Notes under the pieces: generated by a model
What the model saw: the letters and a program-made list of their open reading frames with translations, nothing else
Databases searched by the model: none
Told to the model about the DNA's origin: nothing
Shown here: positions 16,066 through 31,198 of the stretch, piece by piece
Layout of the letters: each line of letters begins with the position of its first letter
Position numbering within the stretch: position 1 is the first letter of the stretch
Assembly (NCBI RefSeq): GCF_009914755.1
Contig: NC_060929.1
Origin: the human T2T-CHM13v2.0 reference genome, Homo sapiens
Strand: one strand, 5' to 3'
Length of the DNA: 64,000 nucleotides
Position numbers and translations under genes: made by a program

Positions 16066-16807
16066 CCCCACTCTCATGCTTGCATCCTGGCAGAACCAGA
16101 TGTAAGCTCTTTAGAGTACTGCCTTATCCATCCTGCTCATTGCTCCATGCCTCGCACCTAGCACAGAGCCCAGAACGCAAGGACAGACAGCACACCTTAG
16201 TTTTCCCAAAGAGTGCTCCCAATTACAATTCTGAACTGCCTGATAAAGCTCTAAAATGAATAGGTTTTAGAGTCCCTGTTTTTCCTGACACCAAAGCCTC
16301 CCACTTCCAGTCCTAGACCCACCACACAGACAGCACCAATTTCATCCAAGAATAAAATCTGTTACATAACCAGATGGCAGACATGGGGGTGAATAGAGAA
16401 GCAACCTGTGAGTGCATTCGGCCACTCCTAGTCTCCAAAGGACAGCTCCTAGAAAGAACTTTTCATCTGTCTCTGAGCCTCCCTCGGCAAACTTTCCTTC
16501 ATCTCCTCTCACTGGTGCTTTCTATATTTTATTTTATTTTGGTCGTGCGCATTATTTGAAGTTACTATAGCAACGTGTCACCAGCTGGTATCACATAGTA
16601 ATGTTGGCATTTAGGTAGCAAGCTTCCGAAGTTGGCTGTTTCACTCCCTCTGCGATCTCATCACTCCTACTAATCTTAGGTGAGTGAGGGTTGCATGGGC
16701 AGGCAGCACCCATGCCCCTCGCCCCTATTTTGTTTGTTTGTTTCCCAAGGCAAGGCAAACTGGTAGCCTTTCCCTCAGTTCACATGGCACTGCAGGGGTC
16801 CTGGCTC

Positions 16808-16850
16808 TGTGTATGTGTGTGTGTGGGGGGGGGGGGGGGGTGTAGGTGTG
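16808..16850 (+). repeat. (TG)n running into a G16 homopolymer
   Basis: G run at 16825-16840. Confidence 0.9.
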
Positions 16851-18711
16851 TTTGCATTAGAGGTTGTTAAATAGATATGTTTAAGTTGAATGTTGTACAC
16901 TAAAATTATTGGCATTGTCAATATCATGATGATGATGATGATGAATTTTTTAATGCAAAAGAGTGGAATGATTTGGGGAGTGCTAATCTCCTGATCACAA
17001 TCACCTAGTATCCCAGCTAATTAATTTTGATCACACAATACTGGGTTTCTCTTCTTCTCTCTCACCATCACACAGTGAAGAGACCCTCACTCTTTTCCTT
17101 TGGAGCTTCCAAGTGTGCAAGACCTCCCTACGTCCCGAAGGGCTGAATTAATTAAGAGGATTGATTGTCTTGGATCACTGAAGAGGGTTCTGTACAGCAA
17201 ATAAGCCCTGCCACTCAAGGTGTTAAGTAGTCCCTCATCAGCCAAGTGCCTGCGATGATTGCACTTATTTTTACACGTTTGACCTAGTTTCAAACCGTGT
17301 CTCTTCATGCTGTGATTCATTAGCCACATTTTAAACCATCCCAATCGGAGCGAGGTGACACTGTCTGGTTTGTGCCAGAGTCTCAGATACAATTTCTCAC
17401 TGGAATTTAATATGCAAGTCTCCCTGGAATTCTGTTTTAAGAAGCAATTTCCCATCCTGGCATGCTGCTTGGATATGGATGAGTGGCTGCCTCATTCCTA
17501 GGTAGTAAATATGTCGATTACAGAATTTCTGCCCGGGATGAAAAGAGGGGGATTCTTGCTAGCCTGGAGACTGCAAGGGGTCCCTCCACCCCTCTGTTCC
17601 CCATGCAGTATTCAGGCTTTTCCAGGTTTCTGACAGGGCTGGGAGTTCGAGCTCCTACACTGTAAAGTTTGAACAACGTCAGTGTTAGGGCTGTCTAAGT
17701 TGCTAGGGCAAATGCAGTCTGCTCAACATTCCCCCACCCCTATTCCTATGTCCCCTAAAAATTTAAGACATGGTGGATATGGAAGTAAGGTCTCAAACTT
17801 GTACAGAGGGGCAGGACACAAATGCCATTTTTGAGGAAACTACTGAAAAAGAGACACACATCAGAGAAGCAAAATGTTATTCCATGATTCTATCGCTGTA
17901 TGACAAAAGAGGTGGTTTTTAAAATCCAAATGACAGAAAGGAGACTTTTCTGAATATGAAGCTGCTGCTTGTTTCTCACTCCATTTCAGGTTATCAATCA
18001 TTCACATCGGTGTGATTTCCCACAGATCTGATACCAAAGGGGGCTAGACACCATAGCAGAAAAAAAAGATGCTTCTAGTCAGAAGTAAAACACTGTCATT
18101 TTTCATTAACAGCCAAATGCAGGTAACTTGTCCAAACTTCAGTCACATTGCACTACAAATCGTACCAAAAGGCACGCAACCGGGTTTTTCTACGTGGTAG
18201 TGAGAACTAAGAAATTAACAAGCTGGTAAAAGTAATTTTGATTGATCAGTGAACTACAACACACCGACCAACTCCTAATGAAAAGATAATGGTTTTTTTC
18301 ATAAAACAGCCACTCTCTCTAGATGGGGACTAGAATCCCCCTCCCTTTTTATCTTTTAAAATGAAGAATGGAAGTTTCTCTAAACAAGGCTTAAGACAAT
18401 TCATCCTTTTCAAGGCAATTCCAGGCAACTTGAGATCCAAGGTTTGTTTTTCTTTGCTTTTTTTCCCCCTTCAAATTCAAATCAAGCCATTTGAAATAAC
18501 AAGCATTCCATATCCATGCATTTGGGGCAGCCTGCAGTTCTGACAATGGTGGATTTTCCACTACATACCACCACACACACACATACAAGCTCCCAGTCTC
18601 ACTGTTGATTTAAGCCAAAGCTTTAAAAGTAAACTATTGTCCAAGAGACGATCGCATTTTCTCTCAGAGGATCATCGATCATAAAAAATAAAACCTACCC
18701 ACATCTCTTAC

Positions 18712-18930
18712 CTTGAAGCAGTGGAATTACCTGCAGAGGATGGTCCCCCTTCCTTGCACAATGAGCCAGGCTTTGACCAGCAGCAAAATTACTCCAAAAG
18801 AAGGAATAATAAGTCCTTCATATTGTAATTTTCACTGTTTATATGCAAGAAGTGTAGTGGGTCTGCTCACGTAGGAATAAATAAAAAGCCGAACAAACTG
18901 CTCGGCAGCTACCATGTGAAAAGAAAAGAC
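18712..18930 (-). other. INSYN2B: Probable non-coding first exon of the nested antisense gene INSYN2B (FAM196B)
   Basis: Seen: minus-strand donor AAG|GTAAGAG (exon ends at 18712) in repeat-free sequence, a CATATAAA TATA-like element at 18838-18845 (-), and a CA/TG tract upstream. Recalled: INSYN2B lies antisense in the large DOCK2 intron and starts a few kb before the next DOCK2 exon. The 5' boundary is approximate. Confidence 0.6.
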
Positions 18931-19000
18931 CTCTAGTGGCCACAGGCTGAATTCTTTAAGGAAGGGAGAGGAGAGATGGAGCAGAGGAAACACACGCTCC

Positions 19001-19063
19001 TGTGTGTGTATAGACACACACACACACACATATGCAGGCACACACACATGCATATACACACAC
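19001..19063. repeat. Alternating purine-pyrimidine (TG)n/(CA)n tract
   Basis: TGTGTGTGTATAGACACACACACACACACATATGCAGGCACACACACATGCATATACACAC. Confidence 0.85.
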
Positions 19064-19779
19064 TCCTACACCCCACAAATGCTAAGGTTTCTCCTTTCTT
19101 GCATTTGGCCTGGCTGGAGGTAGAAACGAGAATAATGGTTATTTCTTGATTTAAGTGGGAGCTGGTTAAATTAGCAGTGACGGCGGTGTTCTGTCTAGTT
19201 TGAAAGGGATAATTTCACACACTCACTACCACCCCCTGGGGGCCTGAGCAGGAAAAAGAATTTGACTCTGGCTCTTCAAGGAGTTGCCTGCCACCCAGTG
19301 TAGAGGCTACAAGTTCCCATCAACAAAGCATCATCAGCCATTGTCCCTGAGAGTCCCAGCTTTGTGATCTCCGCCGGATTTGCATGTTTTCTAGTCATTT
19401 ACGGTGTGTGGGTGTGGTGGTCACTTGGCAGGGAGAGCCAGCTTCCTGGGTTTGTAAGCTTCGTAGTCATGACAGACCCCTTGCTTAGAAGGGCTCCATG
19501 GCTGTTTCAAAATTCTGAATAGTTTTAAACAAGGGCTTTGCATTTTTACTTTGTTCTGGGACTCACTAATTACATAGCTGTTCCTGCTGACAAGGAAAGC
19601 ATGCTATCCCTAACTTCCCAATTGAAAAGAACCTAGAAACAAATGAAAATCCATATCATGGGAGCTACTTTCGGGAGTATAAACTTAAGAAACAGTTTTC
19701 CAAAAGGCTTCCTGTTTCTCTACCACTAGAACGAAATTGTAAACCTGGGAGGAAATATATACACGTGTATATATACATA

Positions 19780-20422
19780 CAGGCATACCTCGTTTTATTA
19801 TGCTTCACAGATACCTGTTTTTTACAAATTGAAGGTTTGTGGCAACCCTGCATTGAGCAAGTCTCTTGGCACCATTTTTCCAACAGCCTGTGCTCACTTC
19901 GTATCTCTGCATCACAATTCGGAAATCCAAGCAATATTTCAGATTTTTTTCATTATTATTATACCTGTTATGGTGATCTGTGATCGGTGACCTTTGATGT
20001 TACTATTATAATTGTTTTAGCACACTATAAACAAACTTCACTATGGCAAAGTTCACTGTTGTCTTTTTTTAAGAAATTGCCACAGCCACTCTAGTCTTCA
20101 GCAACCACCACCCTGATCAGTCAGCAGCCATCAGCATCAAGCCCAGACCCTCCCCCAGCAAAATGATTCCTATTTACTGAAGGCTCAGATGATCATTAGA
20201 GTTTTTTAGCAATATTTTTAAATTAAGGTTTATGTTCTCAAATTAAAATTTATATTTTTTTAAACATAATGCTATTGCATACTTAATAGACTACAATAGA
20301 GTGTTAACATAACTTTTATATGCACTGAGAAGCCAAAACATTCATGCGACTGGCTTGATTGTGATATTCACTTTATTGCGGTGGTCTGGAACCAAACCCA
20401 TAATATCTTCAAGGTATGCCTG
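19780..20422 (+). mobile_element. Tigger1 (TcMar), internally deleted, both TIRs present
   Basis: TA|CAGGCATACCTCG ... AAGGTATGCCTG|TA. 643 bp versus about 2.4 kb for the full-length element. Confidence 0.9.
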
Positions 20423-21502
20423 TATATATTTCATATTTGTTATTTTATTAACAAAAGAGGAACTTTTTTATATAAAAAAGGCAGCAGTTTATGGTAAAAA
20501 TGCTTTTTTTTTTTTTTTTGGTTCAAACATAATACTTCCAGCCAGGCCATCTTCCACAAGCCCGTGCTTGGCTGGACCACAGTAGAACTTCATTTGGCCA
20601 AGATGGCAGCCCCAGTGGAAACTTGCAAGAGACAGTCAAGAATGACTTCTCACCCCTGGTGGATTCGTGGCTAGTGCTTTGTTTACCAGGTTCCAGAATA
20701 GATCTCCCTGAATGCTGCTTGCAGACACAGAAAACTCACCCTGATATGGACTGATAAATCTGGGAAAGAGGAAGCAGAAAAGGCTATGCTGATGTCTTCT
20801 GGTGCATGAAAGGGTGTGGTTCCTCCTCTGCTCAGAGGGTCTCCTCTCTGTGTCCCTGCCTTGATTTCCCTCTTCTTTGAATCTTTCTGGTACTTAGTTG
20901 GCTTTGCCAATTGAGGGTCTTACTCTTTTTCTCTCATGATTAATCTCGCTTTCCCAACTAGATCATGAACTCACAAAGAGCAAGAGCCATCTCTTCTCAT
21001 TTCTTTCATCCCTCTCAGCTCTTACCAAGTGGCAGGCCCCAGGAGGTGCTGGGTTGCCACTGGCTGATTCCTGGTGATCCAACTACAGATTCCACTGCAG
21101 AGAACTTTAGTGCATTTCAAGGTGCTAAAGGAGCCACCTGATTCTTTTGATACTGCTCTAGAGGTAGATTCAGATGAATTATTGTCCCATTTGACAGATG
21201 AGACGATTGGGACTTACACATGTAAAATTATTTGTCATAAAATGAAACTGTCTCCATGATTTTGAAATAGGCTGGATTTCCTGACACAAGTACAGTGCTC
21301 TTTCCCCAGTGTGCGAACAGCAGGAGAGGTAATGGATCAGGTGTTATGTTTATGTTCGGCACTGCTATTACAGTCCCAGGCACATAATAGTACTCAGTAA
21401 ATACTTTATTGATGAATGAGCCATAAGGAGACATTTTCTCACAGGGAAGTTTTCCATGGTCCTCTCTCAACTATTTATAGTATTTGTCTTCATTTCTTGC
21501 AG

Positions 21503-21601
21503 AGTCACTTTGTGGCATGTATGACAGCCATCTTAAACCAGATGGGTGACCAGCACTACTCCTTCTACATTGAGACCTTCCAGACCAGCTCTGAACTTGT
21601 G
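21503..21601 (+). CDS. DOCK2: DOCK2 internal coding exon (probably exon 28), 99 nt, phase 0-0
   Basis: Acceptor ttcatttcttgcAG and donor GTG|gtgagt. Encodes [33 protein letters not shown] and joins the next exon in frame. Confidence 0.93.
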
Positions 21602-23350
21602 GTGAGTCTGCAGGATGCTGGGGGTGAGGAAGAACTCTTCCATCTCTGGAACATGGCTTCTGTCCCTGTCAGAGAGACCTGCCTGTCTATCACATAATCT
21701 AGATATGACTTAACCAATATTTGTTGATGAATCACAGACATTTTGGGGTTTAAGAGCATGACTGTTAGAGTCATACATTCTTAGGTTTGCATCTAGGATT
21801 TGTCACATGCTAGCTGTGTGACCATGGTCAGGTGAATCCTTTTATGCCTCAGTTTCCCCATTTGTAAAGTGGGGATAATGTCATTTATGTCATAGGGCTA
21901 AGAAAGGGTTGCACGAGAACACAATAGCTCTCACGTAGTAAGTGCTCAGTAAAATATAGCTCTTATTAAGATCACAAATGCCTAGAGGAAGTTGGTCTCT
22001 GGGCCACCTTCTTCTAGCCTCTCAGGATGCATTTGCTGCAAGACCATCTGCCTGTGGCCTGTGGCTTCTATCTCTGCAGCTGATGACTTCATTAACATAG
22101 AGCCCAGCCCAGGCTGTTCCTGCCCCAAGGGTGGAGCAGAGCACACTTTGCCCTCAGTGTGGCCTCCTTTCTCTCTGTCTTGTTGCTACCAGGTTCAGGA
22201 GTCCCACTGCTTAAGGTCACTCTCAACTCTCCCTGGAGAGACCAGGAGCACCAAAATTGGATCAACCTCAGAGAGTGGCCCATAAAAAAAGGAATCATTA
22301 GAAAACTAATGCCCTACCCTTTCATCCATTCAGTAGTGAGATGTTCTCTCCCTTGGAGTAAGATTGGCAAGAAATGGAACTTTTCCCTCAACCTCCAATT
22401 TCCCTATGTCTTAAGACATGGAAATAGAAAAACTGGACTCCTAATTTTTGATCCTGTATGGAAGGAAAGGTTTCTGGGGGAAGAAGGTAAGAAATGGAAT
22501 TCTTAATGATTGAACATACACATTTTCTTACATAACCCTCACAAAAGTATGACATGGAAATTAGGAGTCACATTTCACAACTCTACAATCTGCTTGCTCA
22601 AGGTCCCGTAGCTAGTATGTGGTGGAGGTAAGGTCTGGACATTGACTGTAACCCTTATACCACACTATCTCCTCATTAAGAAGCCACTCTTCCCATCTAT
22701 GAGCCAGGAGCCTTCTTCATTTCCACAGGAAGGGGATGTGCCTGTGATGATATCCACACTTCCGCAGGTGACATCAAGTATGAATAATATAACAATACTC
22801 ACCATCATCATCAACAGGTAATGAGAATTTGTAGGAGACCAGGCTCTGTACTAAGCATGTGATAGGCAGTATGCACTTAATCGTCACAGTCACCCTTTGA
22901 AGTAGATATTATTCCCATTCTGCTGACGTGGAAACTAGGACTTAAAGTGTTGAGGTAGTTTTCCCTAGCAACAAAGATTGCTGGAAAGGAACAAATGTCA
23001 TTTCCAGAATTTTGCAACTTAGCTAAAAGCAGTGATTTTCAAATTATGTTCCTCCTATCCTCACTATGCTTTACCATAAACATGCACACACGTGCGCACA
23101 CACACACACAATTCCACCAGAGCTGTTCTACCTTTATATATTTTATATATTGGGCTCCAGGTAAGGCTTTCTTTGAACAAAGAATTCTGCTGTTAAAATA
23201 ATTTGAAAACCACCAACTTAAGGAAACAACTCTGAACGGATTTCCTCTAGATTTTAAATTTTGCCTAAAGTACACTGGTGGTATGTCTTCACTACCTCCA
23301 GCTCAAAAGGGTCTCAGTGCCAGTGGTTCTGGTCTTAGCTATCCAGATTT

Positions 23351-23637
<287 letters not shown>

Positions 23638-23780
23638 TCCAGATTTTGCTTTAATTTGTGTTTTCCAAAGATGGAGAAAAAGTATGGCTCACTGCAAAAT
23701 CTAGTGAAGGGTGCTGAAGTCCGCTAAGAACCTCTTCAAAGGAGAGGAAGAGTTCCTGTCATTGTGTCTCAGCTAATCTG

Positions 23781-23783
<3 letters not shown>

Positions 23784-23838
<55 letters not shown>

Positions 23839-23840
23839 TG
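23784..23840 (+). repeat. (GT)n microsatellite, about 24 pure units plus an interrupted tail
   Basis: Read directly from the sequence. Confidence 0.95.
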
Positions 23841-24237
23841 ACATATGAATTAGCTGTATTTACAGCACTGCTAATTAGATGTTCATTTTAATAAGAGTTT
23901 ATTTGCTCAATGACCTGAGATGCTTTCATACAGTGAGATTATTTCCTTCTCAAATACATATTTGTGAAAATGATTATAAAATTGCCACATCAATGAGTAC
24001 ATTTACTTCTTTATTCCCAAAGATGGAATTAATAGTGCTTTATTTTGAGAACATTTTCGCATCCCATATTCATGTTCCACTGACATTTGGGAAACAGCAT
24101 TCCAGCATTCAATCTTTAAGCTTCCATTTAATTTAGTTAATGAAAGGCTGTGTCCCTTCCCTTTTCCTCCCTCCAAAATATAATAGCAAAAAAATTTGAA
24201 GAGCCAACAAGCTCTGAGTTCCTGTAAAACAGGATGA

Positions 24238-24360
<123 letters not shown>

Positions 24361-25374
24361 TGAGCTGCTACCTGCTTCCGCAAAGCTACCTTACCCAGCC
24401 CTCACTTCAAAGATCACTTATTTTGGGTTAAATTAGGGACAATTTCTCCTTGCTGAAAAGAAATTAAAGTGTTAAGGCATGCTTTCTTTCTATCTTTAAA
24501 CCCAGGGAAGGACTCCTCACCAATCGAAGCTACTCAAAAAATCGTCTCCAACTTCTCCATTTTTCAAATCCCAGTTAGAATATCATACTTCATCTCTGAA
24601 GCCTTTCGTTCACTCTTGGGACAGGAGATCTTAGAAAAGCATTTTAAAAATATATTATTTTAATTTTTAAAAAGTAATAAAATATATTCTGTGACATGGT
24701 AAAATAAGTTTAGGAAGCATTAAATTAAACAGATTTGAACAGATTTCCATGCTGCAGGACTTCTTCAAGCTTTTAATTTGCTAATGTGATTTTTTTCTAA
24801 GAGGAGGATTTAGGGTACAGCATTCCATTTGCCCATCCATTTGCACATAGGATGTGCATTTGGTGTGTCTATGTGTGTATCTATAATACCCGTTAACATC
24901 TCCTACACTATCAGTGTAACCCAAGTATAGCTTAGATGTCCTATGGCCCAACACAACAAGAGATAAAAGTAATTCTAAACAATTTCAGTCTCTGCTCCTA
25001 GGTTTCTTATATCATTTCACCAAAGTAAAATCCAAATTATAACATTCATTAATCTTTTCTAATATTCCCTTGGGTTTATTTCTAATATTCCTTGGATTTC
25101 CCCAAGCCTCTCTCAGAACCTGATTCTCAAATCCTGCCGATCAGTTCCTTTAAAACAGCATCTTTTTGGTTCTTCTCTTTTCTTTCTCCCTGCTTTCCTT
25201 TGGCTTATTTTATTTGTTTTAAATTCTTTCATGGAAAGCCCTTCAACTTATACTGGTGTCTAGTTTTATCTCCCTCTACCTATTGTTCTTGTTTTATATC
25301 AAAAAACCAAGCATTGTCTGGCAAAGATAGAAATATCTCTAGAGGGCAGAATAAGGGGAGAAGTTAAAAAGACA

Positions 25375-25945
25375 AAATCAGAATTCTCTGAAGTGGAAGG
25401 GAAAGAGCAAACACTAACTCAAACTTGCCCAAGCAAAAAGAGAATGTATTGGCACAGATAACTGAAAGAGCCCTGAGGTGTGGCTTCAGGCATGGATGTA
25501 TCTAGGTGCTCAAATAGCAATGTAGGGAATCTGTGTGTGTGTCTCTCTCTGCTTTTTCTATTTACTTGATTCTCAGGCAGATGCTCTCTTAGTGGGGAAA
25601 ATGGGCTCTAGAAGTTGCAGATATATTCCTTGTTGTATTTTCAACCACAATAGAATGAAAAGGCTTCTTTTCCTATAGGTACAGAAAAAATCCTGAGGCC
25701 ACTCTTCAAAGGTCTGGCCTGAGCTACATGCCCATCCATGGACCTCTGCGGCCAGCCAAATGAAATGTGCTATTAAGTCAGGCTTGGATTTCATGACCCG
25801 CCTTTGGAACTGGGTCAGTTCTACCAAAACCACAAAGTCAGGGAATAAGGAAAGAAGCAGAGAGAGTAGTTCTTCAAAGGAAAATCTAGAAGTTGTTACC
25901 AGAAAGAGGACTAAATAATGGGCAGGTGAATGCACAGATGTCCAG
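25375..25945. mobile_element. MLT1 (J/K-like) MaLR LTR
   Basis: AACTCAAACTTGCCCAAGCAAAAAGAGAATGTATTGGC...GGCTTCAGGCATGGATGTATCTAGGTGCTCAAAT. Confidence 0.65.
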
Positions 25946-26918
25946 CCTTGATCCAGGGTCTTGGGGTTGGAGCCCTGGCCAGGCAACTTCCCCTTCTGAG
26001 CTGTCCACACGGTCCTTCTGGAAGAAACATGTGCTGGGTCCCATGGGAGTGCTTTGAAGGAATATTTCCTCCTGAAATCCCAGCTTCATTCAAACTTTAG
26101 TCATTTTTGGGAGAGGCCCCCAGAAATGATACAGTAATCCTTATTTCTTTATACCTAGAAAATTAGAATGTAATTTCCTAACGGACCTAATACATTGGAA
26201 ATCTCTCCTAAATAGAAATCATAGATTTGTATCTCTTAAGGGTCAGCCAAGTACTTATGTTTTGTACATTAAAGAAAAAAGTTAGACTCTAGAACACAGC
26301 CTGGGCTTCAGACTCTTTAATTCTGCCACTTTCTCTTTCTTGGGAAGTCATTTAACCTCTTGGAGTGTTAGTTTCCTAGTCTGTAAAATGGGGATAATGG
26401 TAGTTTCTATTTCATGAAAATTGCTTTGTGTGTACGAGGATAGAATGAGTTACTCCTTAGCACAGTGCCAGGATCAAGGAAAATATCAATAATAATAGCG
26501 TTGCCATCACTAGGTGATGACAACAAACTTAGCTTTAGACTAAAGAAGCATGTGTTAATGTCAACCAGAAAAGATTGCTTTTTTCTGCTTGCAGGCACAT
26601 AGCTTAGTTCGAAGATTTCCTGCATCTTCTGGCCAAAATGATCTCTTATGTTTATAGAACACATGAAATGTTCTCACTATTTTTGCATTTTGTATATTAT
26701 AATAGCTAACATTTATTAAGTACCGAGATCCATCACTGTTGCAAAGGCTTTACATGAAATTAGTTCATTTAATCCTCCCAACAACTTTATAATGTAGAAC
26801 AACTATAATCCACGCATTATATAAGAGGAAGCTGAGGTACAGAATAGATAAGTAACATACTTCCTGTTGCATTGCTGAAAAGAAACAGAAGCCATTTCAT
26901 TGAAAACAATGCTCTTAA

Positions 26919-27212
<294 letters not shown>

Positions 27213-28523
27213 TAATCTCCATATTATTAAGTGCATTTTGCCCAGAGAGGTGAAATGACTCTCCAAGGTCATGCCACTAGTGAACAATTTCAACCCAATT
27301 TAGATAAACAGAACAGGTACCATGACTTATGCCAGACCAGTGTTCCCCAGAATACCATTTTCTTTTCTCCAAAAAGGTGCAACTTATTCATGTGGTCAGG
27401 GCCAACTTCACTTGTCAGTATGTCTGGACATTCCAACTAACTTTTCTTCCTTCCTTCCATGATCTGTATGTTATGATAGTTGGCCTGTTTTTATAATTTT
27501 TCTATTATCACTTATGATTTCTGTGTTATGTATGCATTAGTCATCTATTATTTACTTATCTGTTTGTTGGAAAAGGGAGTGGAGTTTTCTAGATTTTAAT
27601 GTCTCCCCAGCTGTGTACTGTTTGCGTATGCAGACATAGTGACACATCTCCTGCAAGAAATACTTCCTGTTAGAGTGTTTTTCTTTTTGGTAAGCTGCAA
27701 CACAGTAAGATCTGATTTACATGATGTTGTTAATTTTTAAATGATCAAGTTCTTTATAATGTTGTAAATGAACAAGATTATGCCTAGAAACCTCTTTTAC
27801 CTCTCTTCCATCTGCACCTCACTCTAGAAATCCAACATTTTGAGGAGGCTTAGGATTTATGCATAGCCCTAAAGTTACCCTAAATGCAGCCAACCACCAA
27901 ATATTTATTGAATTTCATGAGCATCCAGGGTTGTAGGCAATGGACAGGCCAATTTAAGCTATGGTCCCAGAAGGCAGAGGGCTTACGGTCTAGCTGGGGA
28001 AACAATAAATATTCCCATGGAAATGCAAGCTGCAGTTGCTGTCATGAATTTGGAGCCCAGACAGAGACCAGAGGCAGAACAGGGCAGTTAGGACTTATGG
28101 CTGCCTGGATTCAAATTCCATCTGAGCAAGATCCTTCACCACTCTAGACTCTGTTTTCCTCACTGTAAAATGTGGCTAATAATGATACCTACCACAAGGA
28201 TATTTGTGGGAACTAAAATGAAGTAATATGTAGAAAGTAGTTAGAATAGTGTTTGACACATAGCAAGCGCTTCATAAATGTTAGTTATTTTTATTTTATA
28301 TTTCTATTTCTATGGTTTGGGTATAGCCAAACTACTTCACTGAAGCAGCAAATCTGGGCTGGATCTTGTCTACCTTTTCATATGGTAGTTCCATCAGTGT
28401 GCTGATGAATCACTGACACCCATTTTCCCTTCATCCTACCTACCTTAATTTGTAGTGATTATTCGTTTTTGGGGTCCCCACCTCCTCCAATCCATGTAAT
28501 CCAGAAAGAAAGAACCGTCTTAA

Positions 28524-29050
<527 letters not shown>

Positions 29051-30911
29051 TAAAGGAGGCACTGAAATGCTCTGTGGGAGAATAGGTATCCCAGCGGCTC
29101 AAGAGGAGGGATGTCTGTGTCTCCCAGCCAATGCTTTTATCTTTAGTTCTAACCAGTAGAATCAACTACATCCCATGAATGACAGGGGATTGGGATTTGG
29201 AGTGGCCTTTTCTCTCCCTTGGTGAATCTCACCAGATAGGGCATGTCCGCCTCCTCTCCCCTCTTTTGTTCACATGATACTGCCTGTGGGCATGGTCCAC
29301 GCTGTGTTGTCACATGGGAGTATTATCAGCCTCATATCCTCCTGCCCCAGAACTTCGAGGCCATGGGCATTTAAGGATAACCATAACAACAACAGCTGAC
29401 ATGTACTGAGGACATCTGTGTGCCCAGGCACTGGGCCCCTGCTTCATGTACTGCAGCTCATTTAGTCTTCACACATGGCTCCTTTTACAGATGGGGCAGT
29501 TGAGATTCACAGAGGTCAACCACCCAGCCCACGGCCGCAGCTCAGAAGAGTGGCTGAGTGGGAAGGTGACCCTGGCAGGCTTGCAGCGCCTGTAGGACTC
29601 TGTGTGCACCTTCCATTCCTGGGCCTGGGCCAGGGAGTAGTACATGTAGTGTGTATAGGCTTATTCTCGGCTGCCTCCTGACACCAGGATTTGTTCTGCC
29701 ACATGAAGAGAAGTAGGAAACTGGGGACTTGAGCCAGCAGGCTCTGTGAGGCCTCACATGGAACAGTTTTGAGGGTAGCAAGCCTGGGTTTGGCTCCTCT
29801 TTCTGCCAGCTTCTTCCTACTCACAACAGCTGACTTATCTGTTCCCTGCTCTATTGCATATGGCTTCTGGTTCCTCATGGAATCATCTGCCCATGGCTTC
29901 TGCTCAAGGCTCAGACTGCGTTCTCCCTCCTTGTGGGCTATTTGAAAGGATGGATCTACTTCTGTCCAGGCTTGGGTATTTCCATTGCACAGTGCTATAT
30001 CCATAAGACCACCCATGGGCTGCTGGCCAGCCCATACAAGACTGCTTTGAGTCACGTGTTGGCCCTGGACCCAGTCAGCTGTAGGCAGGCAGCAGAATGA
30101 TGCGGACAAAGTGCGAAGGGCTGCGTGCATGGCAGGCATTAGTGGAAGCATGCCAGTGCCGGAAGTTCAAGGAGCCAGTGTGTCCTTCTGGTTAACTGAA
30201 AACACTTTAGAGAAAGACAGACCTGAGTTTGGGTCTGGACTCTTCTGCTTCTTTGCTGTTTGAATGTGGGGAAATTATTTGCTCTTTCTAAGACTCAGTT
30301 TCCTCTTATGTTTAATGGGTATAACAGTAGCTCCTATTTCAGTTTATAGAATTAAATGAAATAATGTTTGTAGAACTGTTAGCACAGGCCATATGAATTA
30401 TGGCAATTGATGCTTCCATCATTGTCATTATTAATAAAGTGAGCTCACGGCTTGGATTGAACAGAACTACAGAGATGTCCCTGTGGACAGAACTGCCCTG
30501 TGGTTAAATACCTAGATTCTGCAGGCCGTGTAACTTCATGTAAATCCTGATTTTACATGTACTGGCTGGGCTATTGGGAAAGTTACCTAAACTCACGTCT
30601 CTAAAGTGGAAACCATATCTAACTCAGAGATATGTGAGCATTAGAAAAACAAAAGCAACAGAGGAAAGAATCCATGCAAAGCCCTAGCATGGAGCCTGGC
30701 AGGCAGTTGAAAACCATGGTTGGGATTGTTCTTCCTCCTATACAGCCGCTAAGCAACACAGACGAGACACAGCAAGTGCTAGGTTGAGATCTGATAACGA
30801 ACTTTGTTTTCAACAATTCAGGTTCATTGTTGAGAGTAATAGAGTTGAGTGTGTTTTCGTCCTAACCCACTTTACCATATGAGTGCTTAGGCTTTAAGTA
30901 CAATTATTGTT

Positions 30912-31198
<287 letters not shown>

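Noticed and set aside
25056-25099. Two-copy ~23-bp tandem duplication (similar ones near 1082-1103 and 24728-24746)
   Set aside because: Ordinary slippage micro-duplications.
29516-30151. Longest ORF in the track (211 aa, - strand)
   Set aside because: Runs through MIR and old LTR-like sequence and has no recognisable domain.
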